The position numbers were made by a program, and so were the translations under genes. Shown piece after piece: positions 1 to 11,407 of a stretch of DNA of 64,000 bases. Numbering within the stretch: position 1 is the first letter of the stretch; each line of letters begins with the position of its first letter. The notes beneath the pieces were generated by a model. That model worked only from the letters and a program-made list of their open reading frames with translations. It searched no databases and was not told where the DNA came from. This stretch comes from Diplonema japonicum (lineage: Eukaryota; Protista; Euglenozoa: Diplonemea), in NCBI GenBank assembly GCA_964019335.1, contig OZ025659.1:372001-436000 (forward strand), written 5' to 3'.

Positions 1-1
1 G

Positions 2-286
2 GATTTCACAGAGAGCGCCACCCGCCTTTTTCTCCAAACCAAGGGCCTTCCGCGTGTCTACCTTGCCTTCGCCGCCCAGCTTGGTTCCTTCTGTGTCGCC
101 GTCTCGCTGTTCACTCTGTTTGGGGGTACCACGAGCTTCCTTGTAAGGCTCTTCCTGGTGCCTTTCCACTTCCTGATCCCCACAGTCAGCATCCCTCTGT
201 ACTTCCTTGTCCACGACTTCGTGGACCATCGCATGCTTGAGGTGGAAGAGGAGGTTTTGAAGAGGAAAGCAAAGAAGCAAGAGTAG
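2..286 (+). CDS. 3' fragment of a multi-pass membrane protein with C-terminal KKxx ER-retrieval signal
   Basis: Frame +2 is open from the window edge to TAG 284-286: ...YLAFAAQLGSFCVAVSLFTLFGG...LFLVPFHFLIPTVSIPLYFLV...KRKAKKQE*. Hydrophobic segments, GC3-rich codons. Confidence 0.7.
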   Translation, partial: DFTESATRLFLQTKGLPRVYLAFAAQLGSFCVAVSLFTLFGGTTSFLVRLFLVPFHFLIPTVSIPLYFLVHDFVDHRMLEVEEEVLKRKAKKQE

Positions 287-391
287 TAACAACTAACCAG
301 CATAAAGTGTCGTTTTATTTTCTTTTTATTAACCTGTCCCACAACAAAGAAGGCGAAGAAAAAAAAAAAAACAGGGACACAAAAAAGAAAA

Positions 392-3300
392 ATGTTATCC
401 AAGGTAACCTTCCTTGCAGGTGCCACTTTGGTGGCCTGCATGGACCCCATTACACCTGCTGCGGAAGACTTGTCCACAGAGGCCAAGTCGAACATAATTA
501 CTGAGGTCAACTTGAGGCGCAGCTGGCACGGGACGTGCAACCCGTTGGTGTGGGACGACACTCTTGCAGCTGATATTAAGAGCTGGATCGTCGACTCCAG
601 CAGCGGGACACCCCAGTGCACCAGCCAGGCGACCAAGAAGGGGCAGAACGCGTACAACGTTTGGGTAACCACTTTCCAGTACAACCCACCCCCTGTGTGG
701 AACCCCGCCACCGCAGCGACTGAGTGGTACAACTCGGCTTCGGGCCAGGGTTTCGAGAACGTTGTATGGAATGGCGCCACTAAGATGGCCTGTGCTCAGT
801 GCAGGGCTGGCACCACCAACCAGGGCCACATGACCTTCGTGTACTGCCAGTTCGCTGACATCACTGGCACCTCTACGGAGAACATCAACCCTGTGAACAC
901 AACTTGCGACAAGTGCATTGGCAAACCTGCTTGTGACGCCCCTGCCGCGTGCAAGCAGCCTGGCACTTGCAACCCAGCTACTGGCGATTGCGAGTACCTC
1001 AACGTTGCCGACGGCGCTATGTGTGATGACGGCGATGCCACCACCACCAACGACGTCTGCACTGCTGGTGTGTGCAGTGGCACCTCCAAGTGTCTCGGTG
1101 TAACGTGTGCCCCCACTGACCCCGCCTGTGCCAATGATGGTATGTGCGACCCCATGACTGGGCAGTGCATCCCGAACAACAAGGCTGACGACACAGCATG
1201 TGATGACAACAACGCTGCTACCCAGAACGACAAGTGCGTCAATGGTGTCTGCTTGGGTGCTGACCTGTGCGCAAACAAAGCCCCTTGCACTGCCCCTGAT
1301 GCCTGCCACCTTGCTGGTATCTGCAACCCTCTCACTGGTGACTGCACGCACCCCAAGCAGCCTGTGGGCACCATGTGCAACGATGGTGACGACAAGACAC
1401 AGCACGATACCTGCGACAGCAATGGAATGTGTGTAGGTGTGGACTTGTGCGCAACCTCTGACTGCAAGACGAGCGAGTGCGTTGCAACATCTACCTGCAA
1501 CCCTGCTACTGGCAAGTGCGAGGAGACGAACAAGGCCGACGATACGATGTGTGACGACGGGGAAAAGGACACAGTTGATGACAAGTGTGTGTCTGGTGCG
1601 TGCGTCGGCACTGACACTGGTTGCGGCTCTGTGACCTGCACGGTGGACCCCGCAACGTGCCAGAAGTCTGCATTCTGCATCTCCCAGACTGCTGGCATGG
1701 CCGCCACTTGTGGCTACACTTACATGACTGTGGGTGCTGCATGCGGTCCTGGTCAGGACACCAAATGCGTTAAAGTCGGTGCGACAGTGGAATGTAAGGT
1801 TCCTGACCTCTGCGCCAACAAGACGTGCGTTCCTGACCAGTGTGCCACTGATATGCCCTCCTGCGACTCTGCCACTGGTGTCTGCTCATACACAAACAAA
1901 CCCGACGGCACTCCATGTGACGACAAAATCCCGCAGACTGTGGACGACGTGTGCACGAACGGCATGTGCGCAGGTGAGAACAAGTGTGCCCACACCGACT
2001 GCAGCTCGTTCGGCGGCAAGTGCACAGACAGCCAGTGCAACCCGATGACCGGCATGTGCGACACTGTTAACAAGCAGGACGGTATCCCGTGTGACGATGC
2101 CGACGACCACACTGTCGATGACAAGTGCACCGCTGGTGTGTGCAAGGGTGACGACAAGTGCGTGGCCAGCACCTGCGTGAAGAACCCCCCCGAGCAGTGT
2201 GTTGAGACCCAGGGCTCGTGCGAACCCATGACCGGCAACTGCATGTTCAAGAACAAGGCAGATGGCGTTGCCTGCGATGACGGTGACGACAGCACTCAGG
2301 ACGACGCCTGCATGAACGGGAAGTGCACCAGTGGCACCAACTGTGAAATTAAGCTCATCAAGCAGTGGAGCAGGACAAAGTGCGTGTTTGGAAAGACATA
2401 CGGCTTCACCCCTGAGGGCAAGCTGTTCGTGAAGAAGGGATGCCGTGGTAAGTTTAAGATTGTTGCTAATGACCACGTCCTCAAGTGCGCCTCGCGCAGG
2501 TGGAAATACACCGAGTGCGGCACTTACCCCCTCCTCCCCGGATGCACCAACAACGACCCCGAGCCCTGCCCTACCAACACGAAGTGCCCTGGGTTCACGA
2601 AGCTTGGCGAGGGCAACTGCCTTGACGCTGCTGGTGAGCAGTTCAACAAGGCGACCAAGACTGTGAGGAGCAAGGCGGAGTGCATCCAGATTGCACGTGA
2701 CAACAACCACGCTGTCAGCGGAGTGGAGTACGCTGAGGCGACCAAGAAGTGCACCCTCATCGTGCCCGCTGGCATCCCCCTCCCCAGAGGCAACTGGGAC
2801 AACACCAAGGAGAACAACCAGGGTGTGGCACCCGTAGTTAGCACTGATGGTGCGTCAGGCGTCTCATGCTGGGTCCCCGAGAACAGGTGCCTTGGTGTGA
2901 TGTGCCAGGCTAAGAGCGAGTGCCACGAGGTCGGCGTGTGCGAACCCCAGACGGGCATGTGTACCAACCCCGAGAAGTCGAAGGGCAGCTGGTGCGACGA
3001 CGGTGACGCCACCACATGGGGTGACAAGTGCACCAACGGTGTGTGCGCGGGCAACACTGGCTCCCCGGAGTGCTGGAGGGCAAACTCGTGGTACGGTGTC
3101 AGGGAGTGCGTCAAGGACGACCACGCATGTGGGTGGGGGTCTGGTGTGTACGCCAACGAGCAGGAGTGCTGTGATAACTCCTTCCGCAACGGGTGCCAGA
3201 GCAAGCCTTCCGATGAGTGCTGGGTGGGTGGTGACTACTGGCCCAAGAGGACTTGCAAGAAGATCAACAGCCGTAACCAGTGCGGCATGTCCGGCGGGTG

Positions 3301-4560
3301 CTGGCAGACTGAGGAAAAGTGCTGCGAAAAGGGATCCGCCCACAAGCAAGGGTGCCATGCTCAGCCAGACGACGACGCAGACGATGGTGTGGCGGACAGG
3401 CCCGAGCAGTGCATCTGCGATCAGAGCATGTACGACATGGGGATGGACAACACTATCGAGGTATGCCGCACAGCAAGACAACACCTTGCCAGGAGTACTG
3501 CGCTAGCAAGACATCACCCAACAACAACGGCCACATCTGTGCGCTCCCCATCAGCACCGGAAAGTGCGAGAAGGGCTTTCTGTTCTGCAGGAAGGCCAAG
3601 ACCGTCCCCAAGAAATCTGGTATAGCACATCACAAACATTGACACCACTTAAACAGGTGAGGTCTGCGCATGCGGTGCTTTGAAGGCCAACGCCGGGAAC
3701 CACCACACCAGGCTTTGCGTAGACAGGACTGTGGTATGCACATCAACGGGGGAAAAAAAGGGGGGGGGAAAAAAACAAAAAAACAGAACGGCCAGAACGC
3801 GTGCTACCCGTCCAACTCGAACGGTGCCTGCGGGATGGTGCAGTGGAGCATCTGCGTCACAAAGACAAGCCTAACGATCACGATCACCCCCAACAGGGTG
3901 AGCAGCGCTGCCCTCATCGGCCACGTGAGCATCATGTCTGGGTTCAGGAGTCGCTCTGCGGTAGCCGTTGTGAGCAGCTGCAGGAAGGGCAGGCGCTATG
4001 GGAGTAGGTACGCAATGAGGAACGGCGGATGCAAGATGGGTGGGTGGAGGACACCCAGCAGGCACGCCATGGTGCTCGGCGGGGAGGTGGAAAAGGAGGA
4101 GGTCACACTGGAGTGGAGCGGCCTGACCTCCGATGAAATGAACGACGCTGAAAGGCAGCTGAAGGTGAACATGGACATCATGAAAGCGGACCCTAAGGTG
4201 AGGGAGGTGGTGCTCAAGAACGACCCTGATCTGGCTGCTGCCATGACTGAGTTCGGGACATACGCAGAGCCTGGGGTTGAGGTGGGCCCTGCCCCCACCG
4301 ATGAGTCCGATGAGGAACTCAACGGAGGTGATGATGACAAGAAGACTTGGCTTTTCGCTGCCCTTGCCGCTGCTGGGGGTTCTTGCATGATCGCAACTAT
4401 TGTCTTCGGTGTGGTGTACAAGAGACGTCAGGCGAGTGAGTCCAGCGACACCCACTCCGAGGAGCTCGTTGCTCATGAAGAATTCTCTGCCGAGCGTAAC
4501 ATTGCCATGGGCAAGGTGTCTGAGGAGGAAGTTGTGGAGAGCGAATCCCTTCGTGTTTAG
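392..4560 (+). CDS. Large type I surface protein: signal peptide, degenerate CAP/SCP domain, many CDDGxxxTxxDxCxxGxC / CNPxTGxC Cys repeats, DUF3011-like and PAN/apple-like modules, TM helix, short tail
   Basis: ORF 392-3460 joins frames 3493-3619, 3657-3733 and 3787-4560 via GT-AG introns 3461-3492, 3620-3656 and 3734-3786, each restoring frame. CAP motifs LVWDDTLA and VVWNGATKMACA; TM WLFAALAAAGGSCMIATIVFGVVY followed by KRR. Confidence 0.8.
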
Positions 4561-5170
4561 ACAAATAAAAAAAAAAAAAAAAAAAAAAAAAAAGCTCGTT
4601 TCTTTAAATGATGATGAGAAGGGGCCTTCTCAACCTATTTCCACTGTTTTATTACTTTTCTAAATTTTTTTCTTTTTTTTTTTTGTTAGATATCCCTCTT
4701 GGGGGAAAAAAGAAGGAGAAAAAAAAGGGGGGGGGGAAACCCGAGCAAAGATTTTTGGTTAAGTCTCGGCCTTAGTGAAATAGGAACATAAACGAAAAAA
4801 AAAAAAAAAAAACCCACGAAAAAAAAAAGTAGCTGAAGATTATTAAAAGAATTGAAGGAAGAATTTTTTAAACACACCTTTTTGTTTTTTTTTTTTGTTT
4901 TCTTTTCCCCTGCCACTTTTTTCTTGTTTTGTTTTTTCATTTTTTTTTCCTCCTTGGGAGTGCAAAAGAAGAAGGAAAAAACAAAAAAAAAAAACACAAA
5001 ACACAGGCATGCCTTCAGTGGTCTGCGGTCCCTTCCTCCCTTCTTCCCTTATACCATATGTTTCTGCTTTGAGAAATTTAAGAGGAAAAAAAAAAGAAAG
5101 AATTCTTTTGTTACATGTTCTTGCTCTCATTATTTGTTTGCTAAAATGTGCGTTTTGAGTCATTCGGATT

Positions 5171-5203
<33 letters not shown>

Positions 5204-6083
5204 AAAAATCATATTGTTTTTTTTTTTGTTTTTGTTTTTATTGTTTTTGTTTTTGCCGCCTTTGAAACGCACGAAACACGAGAGTTATGGGAATTTTTTT
5301 TTTCTTACAAAACACATCGCAGAACTGTGCACTCGAAAAGGAGCATCACAGATCGCCCTGAAGAGAAAAAAAAAAAATAATGCGCCCATCTTTAGTTTTT
5401 TTTTTTTTTTTTTTTTTTAAGGAGGGGAAGGAAAAGGGGGCCCACTTAATAAGTGCAGGTTTCTCTTTTTTTTATTTGTTAACTTCCCTTTTGTTTTTCC
5501 TCTTTTTTTTTCTTCTTCTTTTGTTGTTCTTCCTTATATTTTTCCCACCTACGTCTGTTCCTTACATGAAGCCGATTCCGTCTCTGTAACTTTTCCTTTT
5601 TCTTTTTTTCTTTTCGGTAAAAAAAAGTTTCTTACAAGAGAGAGGTGTTCAGTTCATGTGGGATTTATTCTTTTTTTTAAACCTATCCCTTTAAAAAAAA
5701 TACCCCCTCCCCCTCTTTTTCCCTCTCAAGGATCTAACCAGTAAACGAAAGTGCATTATGAAAAAAAAAGAAGAAGAACAAAAAAAACGCCCTTTTTTTA
5801 TAACGTTTACTGACATTCCTCTCCCGCCAACCCAGAAAAATGAGGGAAACCAAAAAAAAAAAAAAAAAAGAAGAAGAAGAGGGAAAAAAAAAGTTTTTTT
5901 TCTATTACCTTTTTTTTTTTTATTTTATTATTATACTTCCTCTCTTTCTCTTTCTCTCTCTTCTCTCTCTTCCCACTTTTTTTTTTTTTTTTTTTTTTCA
6001 ACCTTTTTTTCCCTCTCCAAAAAACCCCTCCTGGTATATTATTTCTTCACACCCACAAAACCAAAAAAAAAAAAAAAAAAATA

Positions 6084-6654
6084 ACTATTTATTGCCAACA
6101 AATAATGAGTCATTATTTAACTCGAGTTCCCGAATTTTTTGCACGAGGGCCCGCAGGGCCCGAGTGCAAAAAAACGGGTAACGAGTGTTAAATAATGGCT
6201 CATTTGGCGGCAAGTAAGTCGTTTTATTTCACTCTTCGTCATTTGAGTCACTCACTCTTCACTGCTTTCACTGCTGTTTTTTTTCACGCAGGTCAGCTTT
6301 TTGGGGATTTTCCTAAGGTAATACAGGGTAGCTATTTCGCCGTGGCATTTAAAGGGGAAGTAAGGCACTTATTCCCACTTTTAAGGGCTGGAATGGCCTC
6401 AGATGGCCAAAAATAGTCAAAATACCCCCACCCCAAAAAAATTTTTCAAGGGGTTGGGTGCATTTTTTTCCACGACAAGACCCATTTTTTCACTCTGAAG
6501 GGCCATTATTTAACTGCAAAATCTCATTATTTAACTAGTTAAATAATGGCGATTTCGCGTTAAATAATGGCCGTTTCGCGTTAAATAATGGCCATTTCGC
6601 GTTAAATAATGAGGCCCCTAGTGAGTGAAGAAAATGACGAAGAGTGAAATAAAA
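6084..6654. mobile_element. Candidate non-autonomous element (hairpin + nested inverted repeats + phased 11-mer array), possibly Crypton/tyrosine-recombinase type
   Basis: Imperfect palindrome ~6084-6220 centred on GCAC-GA-GGGCCC-GCA-GGGCCC-GA-GTGC (6141-6167); IR pair 6222-6256 / 6620-6654; motif CATTATTTAAC x8; poly-A on both flanks. Confidence 0.6.
6504..6611. repeat. 21-bp-period array of an 11-mer: 2 copies CATTATTTAAC and 4 copies GTTAAATAATG, with a perfect 24-bp palindrome at the junction
   Basis: Copies start at 6504 and 6525 (forward) and 6538, 6559, 6580, 6601 (reverse). CATTATTTAACTAGTTAAATAATG at 6525-6548. Confidence 0.95.
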
Positions 6655-6675
6655 AAAAAAAAACCAGGTATATTG

Positions 6676-7914
6676 ATGATGATCAACGTACCGACACAAG
6701 CTAACTTGACGTGCCCGGTGTGCGCTGTTTCGGTGACTGATGGAAAGCACAGCTGTGAGACAGCAGCGCTAGAGGTCGGACGGCCCCCAGCACGTGCAGT
6801 CGATGCGTCAAAATCACGAGGAGACATCATTGAATGGGACGTGGACACAGAACTGCTGGGCGTGGCTGACGCCAGACTGGAGGTGTACCACAACGGAGTG
6901 TGGGCAGGCGCTGTTACAAGCATTGAAAAAACCGAAGAGGGCCTCCGCGGCCTCCTCGAACGAGGCTTCACAAAAACATGGATCATGCACATAGTCCCTG
7001 CTTCTGATGTAGGAACCATCAGAGAACTTCGTCAGTTATGTCTTTCCAGCAAGGTTTCTTTTAAAACCCCGCTTGACTCGCCACCGTCGTTCAGTTCCGC
7101 GTCTAGCATAGCGGAAAGCCCGAGCAGTGCGTCGTCGGCAGCGTCGGATCGATGCTCCACACCACGATCCTCGGCAACAACACCGAGGAAGAAGAAATCG
7201 TTGTTTTCAAAACTGCTTTCGAAGGCAACGAACAAAGTCCGCACGTTGGAAGCACAAGACCAACGCATCGAACCGACGATCAACCGCCCTTCCGACCTCG
7301 AAGCAATGTACGCCAGGAGAATGCACAAAAGAGTCGCATTCACAACATCCCGGGGCATCTTCCTGTGCAAACCAACAAGGTTGGAACGGTACGTAGATGG
7401 TGAATGGCAACAGGCCGTCCGCCGTATATCCATTGGTTCCATTGGGAGCAGGCAGATATCATGGATTACTGAAGATGGTACTAGAGTTGTGGATGAACTC
7501 CCTATGGATGGGTTAATGGACCGGTTACATGCTGTGCTCCGACTTGCTGATAAAGCGCGGGTTGCGCATAATTTACGGCCGTCGGTGTGCCCTTCGGAAG
7601 AGGCGACATCGCCTGAGGTGATGATGCAGCAGGAAGAGCCTGATTTGGAGGTTCTTATGCAGGCGCCGTTTACCACTGCGGGGGTTGGATTTAGTACTAT
7701 GTGGCCGTTGATCGACCCTTCTGGGAACAAGCTTGCAATCACCCCCACCCCCGACCCCAGTGTGCCCTCGTGCTGTGTGTGTCTTGAGGCGCCACGAAAC
7801 ATCCTTTTCTTTCCTTGCCGGCATATGTGTTCGTGTACCGGGTGCAGCTCAAAGGTCTCCAACTGCCCTTTGTGCCGTACCAAGGTGTCACACCGTGTGG
7901 AGGTTTGGATATAG
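6676..7914 (+). CDS. C-terminal C3HC4 RING (IAP/MDM2-like zf-C3HC4_3) E3 ubiquitin ligase with two copies of an unnamed internal module
   Basis: CCVCLEAPRNILFFPCRHMCSCTGCSSKVSNCPLCR at the C-terminus. ATG 6676 follows a CAG at 6665-6667. Internal similarity LEVYHNGVWAGAV / LERYVDGEWQQAV. Confidence 0.85.
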   Translation: MMINVPTQANLTCPVCAVSVTDGKHSCETAALEVGRPPARAVDASKSRGDIIEWDVDTELLGVADARLEVYHNGVWAGAVTSIEKTEEGLRGLLERGFTKTWIMHIVPASDVGTIRELRQLCLSSKVSFKTPLDSPPSFSSASSIAESPSSASSAASDRCSTPRSSATTPRKKKSLFSKLLSKATNKVRTLEAQDQRIEPTINRPSDLEAMYARRMHKRVAFTTSRGIFLCKPTRLERYVDGEWQQAVRRISIGSIGSRQISWITEDGTRVVDELPMDGLMDRLHAVLRLADKARVAHNLRPSVCPSEEATSPEVMMQQEEPDLEVLMQAPFTTAGVGFSTMWPLIDPSGNKLAITPTPDPSVPSCCVCLEAPRNILFFPCRHMCSCTGCSSKVSNCPLCRTKVSHRVEVWI

Positions 7915-9394
7915 ATTTTTTTTTTTGGCCAGTTGTTATGAAGTTTGAGGGTGTAGGGGGGGGGGATTTTTTAAAAAAAATAAAATAAAGCGCAATCAAA
8001 TTAAAAAAAAAGGAGGTTGAGGGATAATTATTTCCCCCCCCCCCCCCGCCCACCCAACCCAATGTCACAGCTACCGCGAGTTTTTTTTTTTTTTTATATT
8101 CCCGAGCAAGTCAATCGAGAGAGAGGGGAATTTTTTTCCTCCCCTCGCCCCCTTTTTAATAAAAAAAGGAGGAATATGCGTGTTTGATTTTCTTCTTCCC
8201 CTCCGCTTCCCTCCCCACTCCCCCAATATCTTTTAAGTTAAAAGTCTAGTCAATGCTTTTCCCTAATGTCCCCCCCCCCCTTCATTTTCTTTGTCATGCT
8301 TTGTTTCTCTGTATTTAAGTGTGCTGCCCCCCCTCCCCCCGATTTCCCTGCCACCCCTGCTAACTTCAGAATCTAGACTAGAAGATGGTTTACTCTCCTC
8401 TTATGCTTGTTTGTTTTTCTTTTCCCCCTTGTTCCCATCCACTTCTGCACATTAAGAGTTAGAGAAGTTAAGTAGGAAAGAAGAAGAAAAGAATGAAAGA
8501 AAAAAAAAAAGAGAAAAGGTCTACAAAAAAAAAAAATGAGGTGTGTGGAGATACGGAAGTATTTTTACCTCATATTTCTCAAACGTTTTCAAAAGAGAAA
8601 AAAATGTCCAAAAGTTAGGAATGGCGGGTCATCATCAATCACTTTAGAGCAATCTGCGCCCAAGAATGGGAAAAAAAAAAAAAAATGCATCTTCACAAAG
8701 AACAATGGGATAAAAGAGAAGGAAATATGGTCTTTCTTTTTTTTTTTTCTTCTTTTTTTTTATAGTCCCTTCATTCCCTTGTCGTGTATTTTTGCTTCTT
8801 CTCTCAGAGTGGCTTTTTTCATCTTTCTTGCTTTTTTTTTCTTTTTTTTTTCTTTTTCCTCCAAATAAAGAAACTAATATCTGTAACGCATAAACCTGAA
8901 ATAAAATTTAAAAAAAAAAAAAGAAAACAAAAAAGAACTAAACAAAAGAAAAAAAAAAGGAGAAAAAGGAAGGATACGGAGAGGGGAACTTTCTCTTGTC
9001 ATTTCACTTTTAAAACTCTCTGTTTTTTTTTTCTTTTCTTTCTTACTATTTAAAAAAAAAAAAAAGAAAAAAGAAAAAAAGAAACCATCTCCTATCAGCT
9101 AACACTAGATTTTCACTCTTCTGAGAATTCGAAACTTCAGAGTATTGTGAAATATAACCACTTACCTACCGCCATATAACTACTGTGCGGTAGCTAAACA
9201 GCTATATATATAATTTTTCTTTCCTTCTCCTATTCTCCTTTCTCTTATGCTGAAGAGTAACGCCAGCAAACAAGAGAAATAAAAGAAGATGGGGGCAAGG
9301 GCTCGAGAGGAGAAACACAAAACAAAAAAAAAAAAAGAGAAAAAAAAAAAGCAATTTCACTTTGACATTTTTTTTTATTCCTAAAAAGCTAAGT

Positions 9395-9425
<31 letters not shown>

Positions 9426-9711
9426 CTGAAAAAGTCAAAGCAAAAGGCATTGGGTTTCTAGAAGAATCGGTTTCCTAAGAGTGGTGTGAAAAAAAAAAGA
9501 AAAAAAGCACCTAATGAAAGTCATAGTGAAAGTACTTTTCTCCCTCTCTAGCCTGTCCCCCCCCCCCCCCTCTTTTTCTATCGTATGTCTACCTTAATTC
9601 TGCCTTTATAAGTGATGGCTAGAGTTCCTGAAAAGCTTAGAAAGAAGGTGAAGAAAAGAAAAAAGGGGGCGTAAGGAAAACATTAAAAAAAAGGGAAGGG
9701 GCAAGAAAAAG

Positions 9712-9743
<32 letters not shown>

Positions 9744-9957
9744 ACCCCCTCCTGCCTAGTCAAAATCCTGCCAACTAAAGCTGACGAAAAGAAGAAGAAG
9801 AAAAAAAGAAGTAATTGTTGTAATCAGTGTTTATTCACAGTATTTATGGGATTTCTTTTTTTTTTTTTACATGACTTTCCTTTTTTTTTTCTTTTTTCCT
9901 TCCAGAAGAAAAAGATCTTCAAACCAAAACCCCTATTCTCTCTTTTTTTTATATTTT

Positions 9958-10003
<46 letters not shown>

Positions 10004-11346
10004 ACCTTACTTCCCTCTCCAGTCCTTCACCTTTACAGGACCCTCTTTGTTTTGTGTGCATTCTCCCCGAATTAAAAAAAGAAGAAGGGTGATAGTAGGA
10101 AGACGAAGGTGGCAGGAAAAGGGATAGGGCATGGGCTATAAGAAAAAAAAAGAGAAAAAAAAGAGGTGAATTCCTATCTTTTTTTTGTTTCCTACGTCTC
10201 CTTAGCTTTATTTAACTTTCTAAGCTATTGCTACTTTTTTTTTTTTTTTTTTTTAAACTTCTCAAACATTTTTTTTTTCTTATCAACCCCATTTAATTTT
10301 ACGCTCTCTCACGCTCGTTGGTAGGTTTTTTTTTTTTTTTTTTTTTTTCCCACAGTGAGCACCCCCTATGCACACTGAAATTTTATCGAGTTTTTCCCCC
10401 CCCCTTTTTTTTCCCTTTGCGATCAGGATTTTAAAAATAAAATATCAAACCGACAAAAAAATGGAAGTTCTTTTTAAAGTACACTAGTAGACAATTTCTT
10501 TTTGTTTCCTTTTTTTTTTCTTATGCAGTAAACACTGCCCCACCGCTGGGTCAAGGTGTGCAGATGCCCGGTGAGATGGAAAACTGTGCACTCCCTCCCA
10601 AGCCACTATTAGCTAGCACAAATCAAGCAAAGTAGTGGTACGTGCGCGCATTCGAGACTATGTTTTAGCCTACAAGAGTGGCCGGTTCGCACAGGCGGAG
10701 TCCCCCCCCCCCCCCCCCCAGACTTCAAATAATATAACAACAGCCCTTTTCTTTTTTTCAGTGCGGAACTAAAACCTTTTCGCTGCCTCCAGTATGTCAT
10801 TTTTTTCTTCTAGTTTTTTGGTCCCTGTGCGGTGTCCCTAGGAGGCGCAAAACCTTTATAATACCATTTCCCCACCCTTATCCCTCCCTCTCCTTTTTTT
10901 TTTCTCTCTTTTTTTTTTCTTTCTTATAGCAGCAGAACCAACATTAGGTATTCAACATGATGAACACAACAATATATAAAAAAAAAGAAGAAAGTTTCAA
11001 AGGAAGAAAAAAAAGAAAATGGCAACTGGTACCGAAACATTTCTTTCTTCCCCCCCCCTCCATGTTGAATGCTCAGTACTCTTCAAATCTTTCCTTGCTA
11101 CACCCCCCCCCCCCCCCCCCCCGCTTTAGCTGTTTTATATAAATTAACCCGATTTTCCTCCTTTCCCCCTCCCTTACTTGGAAATCAGTTAGATTTCGGT
11201 GAGGTATTTTTTTTTTTTGTGTGCAGAAGCACCAACTGGAAGATGTTTGGTGCCCCACCCTTTCTCTCCTTTTCCATTATCCACAACTTCTGGAGAGCAA
11301 TTTTAGTCAGCCTGATCACCCCTCCCCTCTTTTTGAATTGCACGAT

Positions 11347-11407
<61 letters not shown>

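Noticed and set aside
6504-6611. CRISPR-like repeat-spacer array
   Set aside because: 11-bp repeats with related 10-bp spacers, mixed orientation, no cas genes, eukaryotic context.
6535-6750. Minus-strand ORF with (PLFNAKx)n heptads
   Set aside because: Translation by-product of the 21-bp DNA repeat.
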